A program made the position numbers and the translations under genes. From NCBI RefSeq assembly GCF_001194135.2, contig NC_068984.1, positions 79,043,074 to 79,092,683 of the forward strand: a DNA stretch of 49,610 nucleotides, read 5' to 3'. Below the pieces are notes generated by a model. That model saw nothing but the letters and a program-made list of their open reading frames with translations, did no database searches and was not told the origin of the DNA. The stretch comes from Octopus bimaculoides. Lineage: Eukaryota. Of this stretch, positions 27,668 through 40,429 are shown piece after piece. Every line of letters starts with the position of its first letter. The stretch's first letter is position 1.

Positions 27668-30600
27668 GTCTATTTCTTTCTCCTATTATCTCCTCCGACC
27701 ATCACGCATTTATGATTATCTCAAGTACAAGACAAAAGTCGAAACTAAACAACGTTTAATAATACCACACAATAGTAGGAGCAAAAAGAATGACCAGGCA
27801 ATAGGAAAGACAAACAACATAATAGATAAAGCTGAAACCAAGGAAGAAAAAGAAGAACCTAAATAATAGCGCTACCAATAAGGAAGGGACAACTGGCACC
27901 AACGACTTAAATGATTTAAGTGAAGAAGATCAGAAGATTTTAGATGAATTGTTGGAAGTAATGAGTAAAGAAGTAAGAAAAAGATTGCCAGCAATAGAAA
28001 GCATCAACAGAAGGAAGCTGCTAGAAATGACTAGGAAAGTAGATTCTGTTATCAGGAGGATAGATACTAAGAATATAGAAGACACTAACTTATTGATCTA
28101 TGCAGGAGGGATAGTAGTCACCAGAAGATTAGATATCCCATAGGGAAAGATTTAAAAAGAGCAAATGTGGAAAAGGAGACTACAAAATGAAGCGAAAGCT
28201 TTTATGCAAATCGAAAGAGGAAAGAGTTACTCATGTAGTATGAAATTAGTAGACAATCAACACTACTAAGCAACAAAAAGAGAAGAAAAATACTACATAA
28301 ATACAATATTACAGAACTAGGTATACCTGAGGTAAAAGAACAACTAAACCAAAATATCCTCGCCAAAGCACAAAGAATCCGCCGGTATGAGAAATGCCAA
28401 CGTTTCTTTGAACAAAACAAACAGTTCAACTCCGACCCCAGAATATTCTACCAAGAACTTGGCAAAAATAAAATAGAGATCAATGTAGCACCAACAGCAG
28501 AAGTGGAAGAATTTTGGAAAGAAATATGATCGGCGAAGGAACAACCTGAGCAACGATCTATCACAACAACGATTTCAACACCTGAACAACTCTGGACTCC
28601 TATAACAGCTGCAGATGTCACCCAGGCACTGCAAAAACTAAGCAACTGGAAGGCACCCGGGAACAAAATCCCAAACATCTGGTTAAAATACTTAACAGGA
28701 ACATATAAAAAGCTAGCTGAGAAATTTAATGAAAAACTAGCAGAGCCAGAGACAATGCCTGAATGGCTCACGGAAGCGAAAACTATCTTAATTCCCAAAT
28801 TCACTGAAACGGTAAACCCACAAAATCACAGACTGATAACTTGTCTCCCTACAATTTTCATAGCTTTTACTGGAATAATATCGGAGAGAATGAGCAAACA
28901 TCTGGAAGAAAACAACCTGTTTCCTGAAGATCAGAAGGGATGATGCAAGGGCTCATACAGCTGTAAAGATCAGCTACTGATCAATAAAGCCATAACTGAA
29001 GACAGCCGAAGAAAGAAAAAGGGTCTAAGTATGGCCTGGATCGATTCCTGAAAGGATTTTCATAGTATTCCCCATACAGGGATCCTAGAAACACTAGCCA
29101 TGAATCAGGTAGCACCAATAATTATAAAATATATAAAACATTCCATGAATAAATAGCAGATTGTGCTACAGCTCCAGACAAAAGAAAGATTCGTAAAAAC
29201 CAAAGCCATCCCCATTATATGAGGAATATTCCAGAGAGACACGCACTCACCACTCCATTTTTGCTTGGCACTGGCACCTTTATCTGATACGCTAAACAAA
29301 ACTGGATATGGATACAACTGTTACGGCAAAAAAATCAGCCACCTCTTATATATGGATGATCTAAAACTGTACGCCACAAATGATAAACAGCTGGAAATAT
29401 TACTGCTGGCAGTACATGGATTTACCAAAGAAATAAACATGAAATTTGGCTTATAAAAATGTGTCAAAACAAACTTTAAAAGAGAAAAACTAGTTCAGAG
29501 TAGCAACATCACACTAGATAAAACAAATCAAATAAGAGAATTAGACCAAAGCCAGACATGCAAAATACTTAGGAATCAATGAACTAGATACGATACAACA
29601 CACACAAATGAAAGAGAAGATAAAAAAGGAATACTATAGCTGCTGAAAGGAAAACTGAAGAGCGAGACAGAAAGTTTGTTAGTAGCTGCACATGATCAAG
29701 CATTAAGGACTAATTGGAAAAAAGCCAAGATAGACAAAAACAAGTAGATTCCCAATGTAGATTATGCAAATCGAAAGAGGAAAGCGTTACTCACATAGTA
29801 AGTGAACGCAGCATGCTGGTATAGAAAGAAAGAAGAAAAGACATGACAGTCTAGGGAGAGTAATCCACTGGGAGCTATGTTGAATGTCAGGATTTGAACA
29901 TACTGATGACACAATGTAACACATGTTTTGTTTATTTGCATTTTTTAATGTTCATATATGCATTTTCTGCCACTAAATTCAAAAATCACATTCGTTTTGA
30001 CGTAACATCGATAATTATTTATTTATTCTTAATTTGATATTTGCTCGTTATATTTGTAAATTTTCTGTACAGCACTTGTGTTGGTTCAATCTATTTCAGT
30101 ATTGTAAGGATAATTACACAACATTTAGTACTTTTTCATATATTGAAAGGTATTTAGGAAGTATAATATTAGTTAGAACAAAAAGAAACAATAAAAGTCT
30201 GCACTGTAAATGCCTTGATAACTCTTTTCTTAATATGAGAAGTGCTTTGACGATCGAGATTTTCTGGAGTGTATACCTTCATCTCTTCTGACTAGAGACC
30301 ATATATAATCTCCCATCATAGCAGTATCCCATCATCCTTGGTATCTTCTTTCCATAGTTGCGATGTCCTGATGAAATTTCTCACCATCCTCCTCACTGAC
30401 ATCACCCAAGTTTTCAGGGGGAAAAATCTAGGTGAGCGTGCAAAAACCTTTAAGGATATACGATAATCAATTTTCTTGAAGTTTTCAATAAACTTTGCTA
30501 CCAGCTGTTTGTAATTAGGATCCTTGTGATTTCTTAAGAATCCACGAACTACATCACGAAATGCTTCTTTTTCAACTTTTGTCATCGTTCTTTCCAGTTT

Positions 30601-32200
30601 CTTCGACTTTAACATTACATTTACTTGGGGCCCAACAAATATGCCACCCTTGATCTTGGCCTCAGATAGCTTTGGAAACATAAGACAAAATTTCTTGAAA
30701 AGCTTCTCCTCTAAAATCTAAGGCCTTCACAAACTGTTTTACCAATCCGAGTTTGATATGAAGTGGGGGTAGTAAGATTTTGTTGGAATCTACTAGAGGC
30801 TGTTTGAGAACATTTACCATTCCTGGCTGCAGTTCCACACGTGGGGGCCAATGTACTCTCTTGTAATGATCATCATCAGCTCTGCTGTCCCATAAGCAAA
30901 GGAAACGTGGATACTTTGTGTATCCCCTTTGCAAGCCAAGCAAGAAGGCAAGCATCTTGAAATCACAAACATCCCACTTGAACTCAGCGTAATTGATTTT
31001 GTCGAGAAGTTCTTTGACATTATCGTAATTTTCTTTCTTCGATATGGAGTGTGCAAGAGGCAAAGAAGGATATTTATTTCCATTGTGGAGCAACACTGCT
31101 TTGAGACTTCATGTTGAACTATCTATGAAGAGTCGCCATTCTGCAGAATCATGCTTGAGTCCAATAGCAGTAAACAAACCAATCCCATCTTTACAATAAC
31201 ACAGATCATAGTAAATTTCAAATTCTTCATGGCGTTTCCATTACACAAATGTCTTGCAGTCTTCCCCAGTAGACTCCATTCCTTCAACCTTGATGAAAGA
31301 ATTTCAGCTCCTGACTTAGTAAGACCTAGATCCCTGATTAAACCATCTAGCTCACTCTGATTTGGGAAGTGAATCACCGAAGTCGTTCTTGGTGCGAAAG
31401 CTTCCTCCATTTCTTGGCTGCTGCTACTTGTTGACTCTTCAGATGAAATATTTTCTGGTGTAAGTGGTACTCGTAAACTGTCATCATGTGGGACAGGTGC
31501 TCTAGATGATGGTATGTCTGGATACTGAAAAGCATGTCTTCCTTTCACTTTTCTGTACTTTGTCACATCAATCATACAAAAGTAACAGTCATCATGATGG
31601 TTCTTTGGCTGTCTCCATACTCTTGGAATGGCAAAAGGCATTGACCTTCCTGTACCTCTTAGCCATCCTTCTAGAGTAGATCGACAGCTTCCACATCTAT
31701 CACATGTGGGGGCCCATGGTTTGTCCTTGTCACCCATGGGAATTCCGAAATAGAGTCTGTACGCTATCCACAATTTGGCACCTTTCACGATCTTATGTAA
31801 TACCTGCTTTTTTCTAATATAATAACCACACACATAATAAAATGTATCTGGAGATTTTTTACATACTCTAGTAGCCATCCTGAAAGTAGCAGAACTTAGT
31901 AATTGGTCTGAAAGAGAAAATTAAACATACATTTAGTAGCGGAACCTTATAACAATACCGAATATATAATAACATTGAAAGTTGACATATTCTTTTAACT
32001 GTTGATGATACACAAAAAATAATTTCATTTTTGGAATCAGCAGAAAAATGGATTGATAAACAATAGAAAAATACAAGAAACAAATTTTATTTGAAAATTG
32101 TTACGTTATATAAATGGTAAAGTACTAGAAAGTAAGAAATATAAGATGTGGGAGTTCAACATTCAGACTGACAGAGTAATAAAAGCTAGAAGGTATGATT

Positions 32201-32254
<54 letters not shown>

Positions 32255-32600
32255 ATGAAAAGAATAGGAAGTGCCAGATAACTGACTTTACAGTCCTAAA
32301 TGAAAACAATAATGAGAAGTATGGGAAAAATAGCAAAGTACCAAGACCGAGCTATTGAATAACAGGAACTATGGAAAGTGTGGGTAAAATGTATCCCATT
32401 AGTTATAGGTGCAATGGGAACTATCCCTAAAGATCTGAACAGATGGATAGAGGAAATAGATATAAAACTCAGATTAGTACAGCTGCAGAAAACAGTGTTA
32501 TAAGGGACAGTTAGGATACTTAGGAGGGTTGTTGACATCTAAGGTTACTGATGTTAAGATTTTTTTTTCTTTTCCAACAGTCTAATCTGTTGATTGTAAA
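27668..32600 (+). mobile_element. R4/Dong-clade non-LTR retrotransposon (RT plus restriction-like endonuclease), decayed and interrupted by a Chapaev3-like element
   Basis: WKAPG..IPNIWLK, PEWLTEAKTILIPK, HLLYMDDLKLYA (RT); CRLCKSKEESVTHIVSE..RHDSLGRVIHWELC (knuckle); WEFNIQTDRVIKARRYDLVV..DEK (RLE); IPLVIGAMGTIPK..LQKTVL. Followed by (TAA)n. Confidence 0.92.
29910..32110 (-). mobile_element. Near full-length Chapaev3-like DNA transposon, frameshifted
   Basis: ORFs 31123-31878, 30662-31096 and 30316-30681 carry CKKSPDTFYYVCG, PWAP..C..C, WRQPKNHHDDCYFC, LGLQRGYTKYP.FLCLWDSR, LPPLHIKLGL and FPKLSEAKIKGGIFVGPQ. Imperfect TIRs CACAATGTAACA / TGTTACGTTATA; 3-bp flanks TGA / TAA. Confidence 0.88.
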
Positions 32601-32633
32601 TGAAAAAANNNNNNNNNNNNNNNNNNNNNNNNN

Positions 32634-32730
<97 letters not shown>
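32634..32730. repeat. (TAA)n tract between two R4/Dong elements
   Basis: Directly visible after a short gap. Confidence 0.95.
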
Positions 32731-32731
<1 letters not shown>

Positions 32732-33834
32732 CTAATTGTTTGTTCACTAAGCTGCTTCTCTTCCTCCTGTTATCCCCCATCAACCCTCACCTATTTATGA
32801 TTATCTCAAGAACAAGGTAAAAGTCGAAACTAAGTAACATGTAATAATACTTCACAGTAGTATGGCAGACTTAACCAAACTCTACAGCAGCTGATAGCAA
32901 CGGTAATAACGGTTATACTATCACAATGGCTACAAAGTTTAACCACAAAGATACGAACAAAGGCACTATTGATGGTAAATAACGCTGAACAATGTTGTAA
33001 TGGCAAGTTTGAAGTAATTGCAACGGTATTAATGGCAGAGTTGACAATAGTGGCAGAGACAGCAACCGTCTCTACGTCTTCCACACAGCACTCAATACTA
33101 ATAACTTTAGTGTAGCACAAATACGTCTGGCAAAACAAAAAGGGAAACTACAACAGTACACCAAATCGCTTGGCCTATAGTTAATTTGGAATCGCGTACT
33201 CCATGAGATTGCCAGCGTGGGGGTCGAAAAGTCATCCACTGGCCCACAGTCTTCTCTGAATACGTACCTTCTCTGAATACGTCACTTGAACGGGAACTGC
33301 CCTAACTCGAGCCCAACAAGCTCACCACCACACGTACCACAAAAAGGAAAATGTAAGACGATCAAATGGACCCGAGAAGAGTACATATACGCTTATTACT
33401 ATGCATTAAGGCAGGCTATCTTAAGAGAAACACACAGACGAAGAGAGAAACTCTCCACAAGTCTCAACTGAAAGACTACCATCTGACCCGAACACGCAAA
33501 TGTCTGGAGAAGTGAATTGTAATGAACCTGATAAAGAGAGCGAGGAAAGTGATAAAGAAACAATACTTGAATACCACACATTTAGTGAAGAACATAGAGA
33601 GTATGTGACAGAAATGAAGCAGAAAATCCTGAATAAGCTTGCAGTTGTAAGACATGCCATTATACATGATAGAGAATAACTTCACAAACTCTCAAATACA
33701 ATCCAAAATAGAAAACAAAAGTAAAATTGGCAACTATGTTACAAAAGAAATCATACAAGGACTAAAACCTGATCACCCCTTGTTAAACGAAATTATTCAC
33801 GCAGCTGCTAAGACAACTGAAACCAATTGTATGC

Positions 33835-33876
<42 letters not shown>

Positions 33877-33909
33877 GCCTGTCAGTCTGTCTGTCTGTTT
33901 GTCTGTTTA

Positions 33910-33942
<33 letters not shown>

Positions 33943-35545
33943 GGACCCGAGCTGGCTAAAGCTTTGTGAATGGATTTGGTAGAATGGAAACAGAAAAAAG
34001 GCAGTCGTAAATACGTGAGTGTGTGTATGTATGTATGTATGTATGTACGTACGTATGTAGGTTTGTATGTATGTATGTGTGTATGTATGTATGTATGTAT
34101 GTATGGATGGATGGATTGATGGACTGATGGATGGATGGATGGATGGATATAGGTATGTATGTATAAATGTGTGTACGTATGCCTGTGTGTGTATGTTTGC
34201 ATGTATGTATAAGTATGCATCCCCACTTTTCATCACCATTGCTTCTTTTTTTTTTGTCTTTTCTCTTGAAGTTGTTCTTATTTTCATTGTTTTGGATTTC
34301 TTTCGTTTTTCTTTTATCTCCCTAGGGAATGGGAATTCGTTGACAAGCTTTTTTCATTTACTTTTTTCGTTTCTTTTAAATTTATTTACGGTACACGCTT
34401 GTAATTTTTTCCCCGTCTGGCTTGAAATTTTCAGTTAACATCTTAACGAAAGTAAATAGATGGCTCATCTCTGTACTTTGATCTTAACATGGGGCCCTTC
34501 AACTGCGGAGGCCCCCTCCGATTACAGGAAGATGTTGAAAACTTTTGGAAAAATATCTGGAGTGACGAAAAGACACAATGAAAATGCAGACTGGATTAGA
34601 CGCACAAAAGAATCCTTCCAAAATTTACCAAAACAAGCTTAGGAAGACATCGCAATAACAGACCTAAAGATGACACCCACGAAGGCTCATAAGTGGAAAT
34701 TCCCTGGTAATGATAGAGTACCAAATTTTTGGCTCGCATCGCTCCTATGCGCACACGAAAATTTAGTTCAGTTATTGAATGAAATTATGAGAGATCCTAA
34801 GAAAACACCTGATTGGTTAGCAAGAGTATTACTTACCTACTTCCGAAGAATAATGAAACCAAATTTCCCCAAAACTATCGGCCCATGTCATGTCTATCTA
34901 CCACGTATAACGTTTTAACATTCATCCTCTGGGAGAAAATATAAATTTATGGAACAGAACGATATTTTCCCTACTGAATAAAAAGGGTACTGGTGAGGCT
35001 CATATGGATGCAAAGACCAACTCTTAATCAGTCGCATAATCCTTAAGAACTGTCATAACAAATGCAGAAATCTCAGTTCCGCATGGAGTGATTATAAAAA
35101 GGCCTTTGACCGCATACCGCTTTCATGGATCTTGAAATCGTTGGATATCTTTCAAATTTCTCCTGTGATTTCAAACTTCCTGAAGCACAACATGGAGTAC
35201 TGATCACAAACAATATTAATATCAACTGCGGCATTTTCCTAGGTGATGTATTTTCACCTCTAATTTTTTGCATAACCCTAACACCCCTTACAAGTGAATT
35301 TAACGGAACAGGGTATGGGTATAAAATTGTCGACAAGAAAATACGCCATCTATTTTACATGGATGACTTAAGAGACGATAATGACCTTGAAGGTCTATTT
35401 CGAACTGCGCAGGCATTCAGTGATGACATCGGGATGGAATCTGGCCTTGAAAAATGTGTCAAGACCACTTCTCAGAAAGGGAAATTGAAGACCTCATATT
35501 CAGTGGTGCTAGATGTTGACACAGTTGTAAAACAACTTCAACAGG
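32731..35545 (+). mobile_element. Second R4/Dong-clade element, 3'-truncated, with microsatellite and SINE insertion at ~33835-34215
   Basis: The 5' ~100 bp are homologous to 27668-27775. IKWTREEY N-terminal motif; WKFPGNDRVPNFWL, GSYGCKDQLLI, DYKKAFD, GIFLGDVFSPLIFCITL, HLFYMDDL (RT). Confidence 0.88.
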
Positions 35546-36121
35546 AACAAACTTACATTGGGTTTGGGCTGATCACTAGTGATGGCGTTGTTATGCCTCC
35601 ATTCATCTTCTCACATGGCCTCAGAATTAACACGGAGGCCTAGATCAAGTGCCTGGAGGAAGTAGTGCTGCCCTCGGTGAAGAGGGTGGCTGATGGGAAA
35701 CCCTATGTCTGGCAACAGGACTCTGTACCATGTCACACAAGCAGGAGAACCCAGTCGTGGCTGTCAGACAATTTCTGCGACATCACCCCTAACATCTGGC
35801 CACCTAACTCTCAAGACTGCAAGCCACTTGATTATTATGTGTGGGGCACATTTGAGCGACAGACCAACAAAACTCCTTGTAACATCAAAGATGAACTGAA
35901 GACAAGGATTATGGCAGCATTCACCAACTTAAACAAGGAGGCCATCCAGAAGAGTTGCAGGAGATTCCGAAGCTGTCTGGAAGCCGTGGTTGAAGCCAAT
36001 GGCAGTTTTATTGAACAAATTTATTCTTTAGTATTCCAAGATATCTTTACGCAATTTTAGTAAATATATGTGAAATGTCAGTGTCATTTTCCTTTAGTCG
36101 ACAGTTTATTCACCGCGCCCG
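35545..36121 (+). mobile_element. 3' half of a maT/DD37D (Bmmar1-like) transposon
   Basis: YVWQQDSVPCH..WPPNSQDCKPLDYYVWG; the D-to-D spacing is 36 here, consistent with DD37D minus one codon. Terminal ..tttattcaccgcgcccg|TA. Confidence 0.85.
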
Positions 36122-36389
36122 TAATATATATATATATATATANNNNNNNNNNNNNNNNNNNNNNNNNNNNNNNNNNNNNNNNNNNNNNNNNNNNNNNNNN
36201 NNNNNNNNNNNNNNNNNNNNNNNNNNNNNNNNNNNNNNNNNNNNNNNNNNNNNNNNNNNNNNNNNNNNNNNNNNNNNNNNNNNNNNNNNNNNNNNNNNNN
36301 NNNAAATTGACTCTTTTTGTTGTTATTTTTTGAGCACCTTAATATGTTCTTAGGCTATGTATGTATATGTGTGTGTTTGTTTATTTGTA

Positions 36390-36422
<33 letters not shown>

Positions 36423-37139
36423 ATGTATAATCACATCATGTGTATCTATGCACACATGTTTGTGTGTTTTTTGAATAAGAGGAAGTGGATAGACAGAGCA
36501 TAGACAAATATTTAAACACAGAATAAATAGTTACATGCACCAATAGGTTGTCAAACTTTAAAAAAAAAGGGGGGGCAAATAGATGCAAGTAAATCATTAG
36601 ATCGCTTTAGTATACGCATGGGATTAAAACTGCTTTCTGTAGGCTTATTTCAGGATTCTAGAAGGAAATTAGGAGAATCTTGAAGGGAAAGTGTATTTTC
36701 ATAAAATTATTCTGTATTTGTTTTTGATGGATCTATTTTCAGTTAAGATTTATATTGTTAAATTAAGTATAAGACAGTTAATATAATGTAATGTTTGTGT
36801 TGTATAGAAGTCTATCTTTATTTTCTTATCATATGTAAGAGGAAAAATCTAGTTGGCGAATTTAATTGAAAAACACTGCCCCTCTCTCTGTCTGTCTGTC
36901 TGTCTCTCCCTCTCGATGTATATATATATATATAGTTATTTTCAGGATCAATAGAATCGAGGTATTTTAATAACAAATGCATCCAACTCATGTATGTATA
37001 TATAAATTCTAACTAACGTTTCTGCCTGCTCGTCGCCTTGTGTGCATATATATGATCTCAATTGTTTCAGCAACTGTAGCTAAAGTTATATGAAGCTGCA
37101 TTCCTCTTTAATCACCGTAGTTCTGGCTAAAACTTGGTA

Positions 37140-37380
37140 CATTATACCTATCCAGGATGCTTAAAGAGGATTTGTGATTATGTATTCTGGTCAAAAGTAC
37201 TTTTGCTTTCTGGATCACGGCTTCTGTGTTGCATTGACCGTTCAGTGGGTACTCATCCTAAGCCCTACATGAGCATCTTGCCTCTGTCTGTAGTTCCATC
37301 AATCTCTGATTGGCGGAGATGCGAATCATTCTGACAAATTCGTGAACACAAAAAGTGAAATTTTCTGATACTGCCTGCAT
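37140..37380 (-). mobile_element. Penelope-like fragment (Cys-rich linker before GIY-YIG)
   Basis: Minus CSCRA*DEYPLNGQCNTEAVIQKA..NHKSSFKH resembles C.C...CPL.G.C...VIY.A...NHKSSF. Confidence 0.55.
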
Positions 37381-37569
37381 ATTCACATATTCATTTTGGC
37401 GACTTGTTTATGTCCCTATGCAAACTAGAGAACAGAAGACACACAGCTTACACGCTTCACCCTAGCTAACATCAATTCAAGGGGGGATAATTCTTTCTTC
37501 ATTCTTCCTCAAAATATTTTTCACTAAATTTCGTGTCACTACAGAACATATCCTTTCTTTGCGATCGCA

Positions 37570-38030
37570 CACAATACCTCGCCTGTTGTATTTTAACTTG
37601 GTGGCTGTTTAACTTTTTAAGCCCAGCAATATTCTTTTAATCAATAGGTTTCAATATAGCCGACTTCGTCTATAAGTTTTGTTTTTTATTGTTATCCTAT
37701 TCCAGGTTGTTCTGCTCACTGCATCATGACACATGGAAGATAATGCCTGGAAGACATTCTCTCGCAGTAGGCAATAATGGTCCTGCATAGCCAACATTTG
37801 TCGTCTGCCAACGTTTTGTACCTTTTATGCTATAAAGACTTAGTGGAGATCCCTTGTTCTTGGGTTGCATGGATGTAGCCTCCGAAGTGGTATGTCATAA
37901 AGTCGTCGGTACTCCATGCCAAGCATTTGATATGATCAGTCCCTTCTATCGTTTGTGTTATATATGCCAAGTACCCATGTACTATCTTCTCGGTGAACTG
38001 GTTCATTTTTATTGTTTTCTTTTTTTTTTC
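37570..38030 (-). mobile_element. RLE-type non-LTR retrotransposon C-terminal fragment (R4/Dong-like)
   Basis: Minus translation across frameshifts gives YIHATQEQGISTK..DDKCWLCRT..SSRHYLP..HDAVSRTTWN, a knuckle region. Confidence 0.6.
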
Positions 38031-38723
38031 TGATAAATATATTTTAATAACGCCCCATGTGGAGAGATCTGTACCAGCTCTTATTTCATGTCTTTTCTCA
38101 AGTTAATTACTTATCCTAAGTATGATGTCTTATTTCACACATCTCCTCAAGTTCATTATGTATGTATGTATGTATGTATGTATGTATGCATATGGATTTA
38201 TGCATGTATGTTTGCGCGAATGTCCGTGAATATTGACAGCCTGGGCTTGTCATCGCCCGTGAACCAGTGCTTTCGAAGACACGTGGAATACAAAATAAGA
38301 GAGCTGAATAAAAAAAGAAAAAAACAAATGAATAAATAAATGATTAATTAATTTATGACATAAGATAATAAAATTCCCTTAGGAAAGCATCCGGCTGTTA
38401 ATTCTTGCTTGACACAAGTTCCCATCCAATTGTTAGCGTGATAAATCGGAAGTGATATGAACGAACTCACGAATACATTTTTTTTCTTTTATATTTTATC
38501 TTGTATGTTTTTCAATTATTGAACTGCCATCATGCAGGGGCACCGCCTTGAATAGTATAGTCGAACAATTCGATACACTACTTATTTGTAAGTAGCCGAA
38601 CCGCTGACTTATTGGAATATAAACTAACCAACATCAGATGTCAAGAATTAAAGGTGATGCTATGTAACTTCGTAATAATCCTTATGATTGTTTTTGATGT
38701 ATATATATACACAAACACACACA

Positions 38724-39589
38724 CGAGGTCTAATCAATAAGTAGCTGGATTGTTGCCATAGTAACGAAGCTAAAGCATGCAGAGTGAAGCCGCTTGGCAA
38801 AGATTGGCCTTGCACTCTGCCGTGTGTGTGCACTAAGTTTTAACGTTCTAGCCACTTCTGCTGTTTACAACAGTGCATGGAAGGAAGGTGTATAATGTGT
38901 GATCATTGCATTGACCATGACAGAGAAAGTTGTCATGACGATATCTACACAGAGGCCCACGTAAAGTTAAAGAAAGTGTAAGGAGAAGTGTGTACGAGTT
39001 TCACTCAAGTGTACGAGTGTTTCAGGCGTTTCCAAGATGGCCGAAAAAACGTCGATATTGATGAACGTTTTGGGAAACTCCCAACCAGAAAAACAGAGAA
39101 AAACATTACAGATGTGCGTGCAGATGTGAGGGGAAATCGTCGAATTACCATCCGTGAGTTATCGGAGGATGTACAGATTAGTTACAGTTCAGTTCACTTC
39201 ATTATCACTGAAGATTTGGGTATGAGACGTATGTCTGCCAAGTTTGTGCTAAAACTGCTTTCAGCTAACCAAAAGGACACTCGGGTTTCAGTTGCGGAAA
39301 ACCTTCTTGATTGTGTCGAGAACGATGAAAACTTTAAAAAAAAAACTTTGCGTTGGCCTCTGAGCAGGCATCGCCAAACTTTTGGCAAAATTCGATGCAG
39401 ATTCTCTGCTCAACTTTCTTTGTCATGGTCAAGGCGACGATCACACGATACACACCTCCATTCCAAGTACTACTGTAAACAGCGGAAGTGAGCTACAACG
39501 TTAAAACTTAGTGCGCCAAGCAGCTTCACTCTGCGTGCTTTAGCATCGTTACTACGGCAACAGTCCAGATATTTATTGATCAGACCACG
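38724..39589 (+). mobile_element. Foldback mariner derivative made of two left ends
   Basis: The left arm reads into the transposase N-terminus (TQVYECFRRFQDGRKNVDIDER..ITEDLGMRRMSAKFV). The right ~245 bp are an inverted copy of the TIR, 5' UTR and first codons (MTKKVEQRICIEFCQKFG). Confidence 0.88.
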
Positions 39590-39599
39590 TGCACACACA

Positions 39600-39655
<56 letters not shown>

Positions 39656-39955
39656 NNNNNNNNNNNNNNNNNNNNNNNNNNNNNNNNNNNNNNNNNNNNN
39701 NNNNNNNNNNNNNNNNNNNNNNNNNNNNNNNNNNNNNNNNNNNNNNNNNNNNNNNNNNNNNNNNNNNNNNNNNNNNNNNNNNNNNNNNNNNNNNNNNNNN
39801 NNNNNNNNNNNNNNNNNNNNNNNNNNNNNNNNNNNNNNNNNNNNNNNNNNNNNNNNNNNNNNNNNNNNNNNNNNNNNNNNNNNNNTATATATATGTATAT
39901 ATATATATATTAGCAACAGAGAGAGTTCTAGTGCCGAGAGGTAGTATTTATCTCC

Positions 39956-40130
39956 ACTTAAATATGGATGTTCTGTTAGAACGAGTGTCTATCATTGATA
40001 AAACCAAGGAAAGTTGAAATCACGTGATCTGGTGATCTCGGTGCTGGAGATGGCGGGGATTTATCTCGCCATTAGCGTTGTAAGCAATACCGCTGTATAG
40101 TTTGTTCTAACAGAACATCCGCATTTAAGT
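39956..40130. mobile_element. MITE of unassigned superfamily (~175 bp)
   Basis: 27-bp TIR ACTTAAATATGGATGTTCTGTTAGAAC / GTTCTAACAGAACATCCGCATTTAAGT (2 mismatches); internal hairpin ATGGCGGGG..TCTCGCCAT. No clear TSD. Confidence 0.7.
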
Positions 40131-40384
40131 CTGGGGGCATGTTACCCCTCAGTTTTCTAGACAATTCTTTCAAAATTCCTACTTCGTTTTTTCACACATT
40201 CACTGGTGTAGGTTGAACTATGTATAATGCTAGCTGTTTCTTGCAATAAATGCATTTAAAGCAAAGTTGTTTTGTTTTTAAATTGACCCTTAAAATACTA
40301 CAGTAGATTACCAAAAATGCTATACCTCACCACAGAGGGGAAAAGCCTTTCCGCATGAAAAGATAGATAGACAGATAGATAGAC

Positions 40385-40429
<45 letters not shown>

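Noticed and set aside
33170-33250. Possible HDV-like ribozyme half (gattgcca-gcg-tggggg..tccac-tggccca) in the second Dong element
   Set aside because: I could not build P2/P3/L3, and it lies downstream of the shared leader and apparent ORF start rather than at the element's 5' end.
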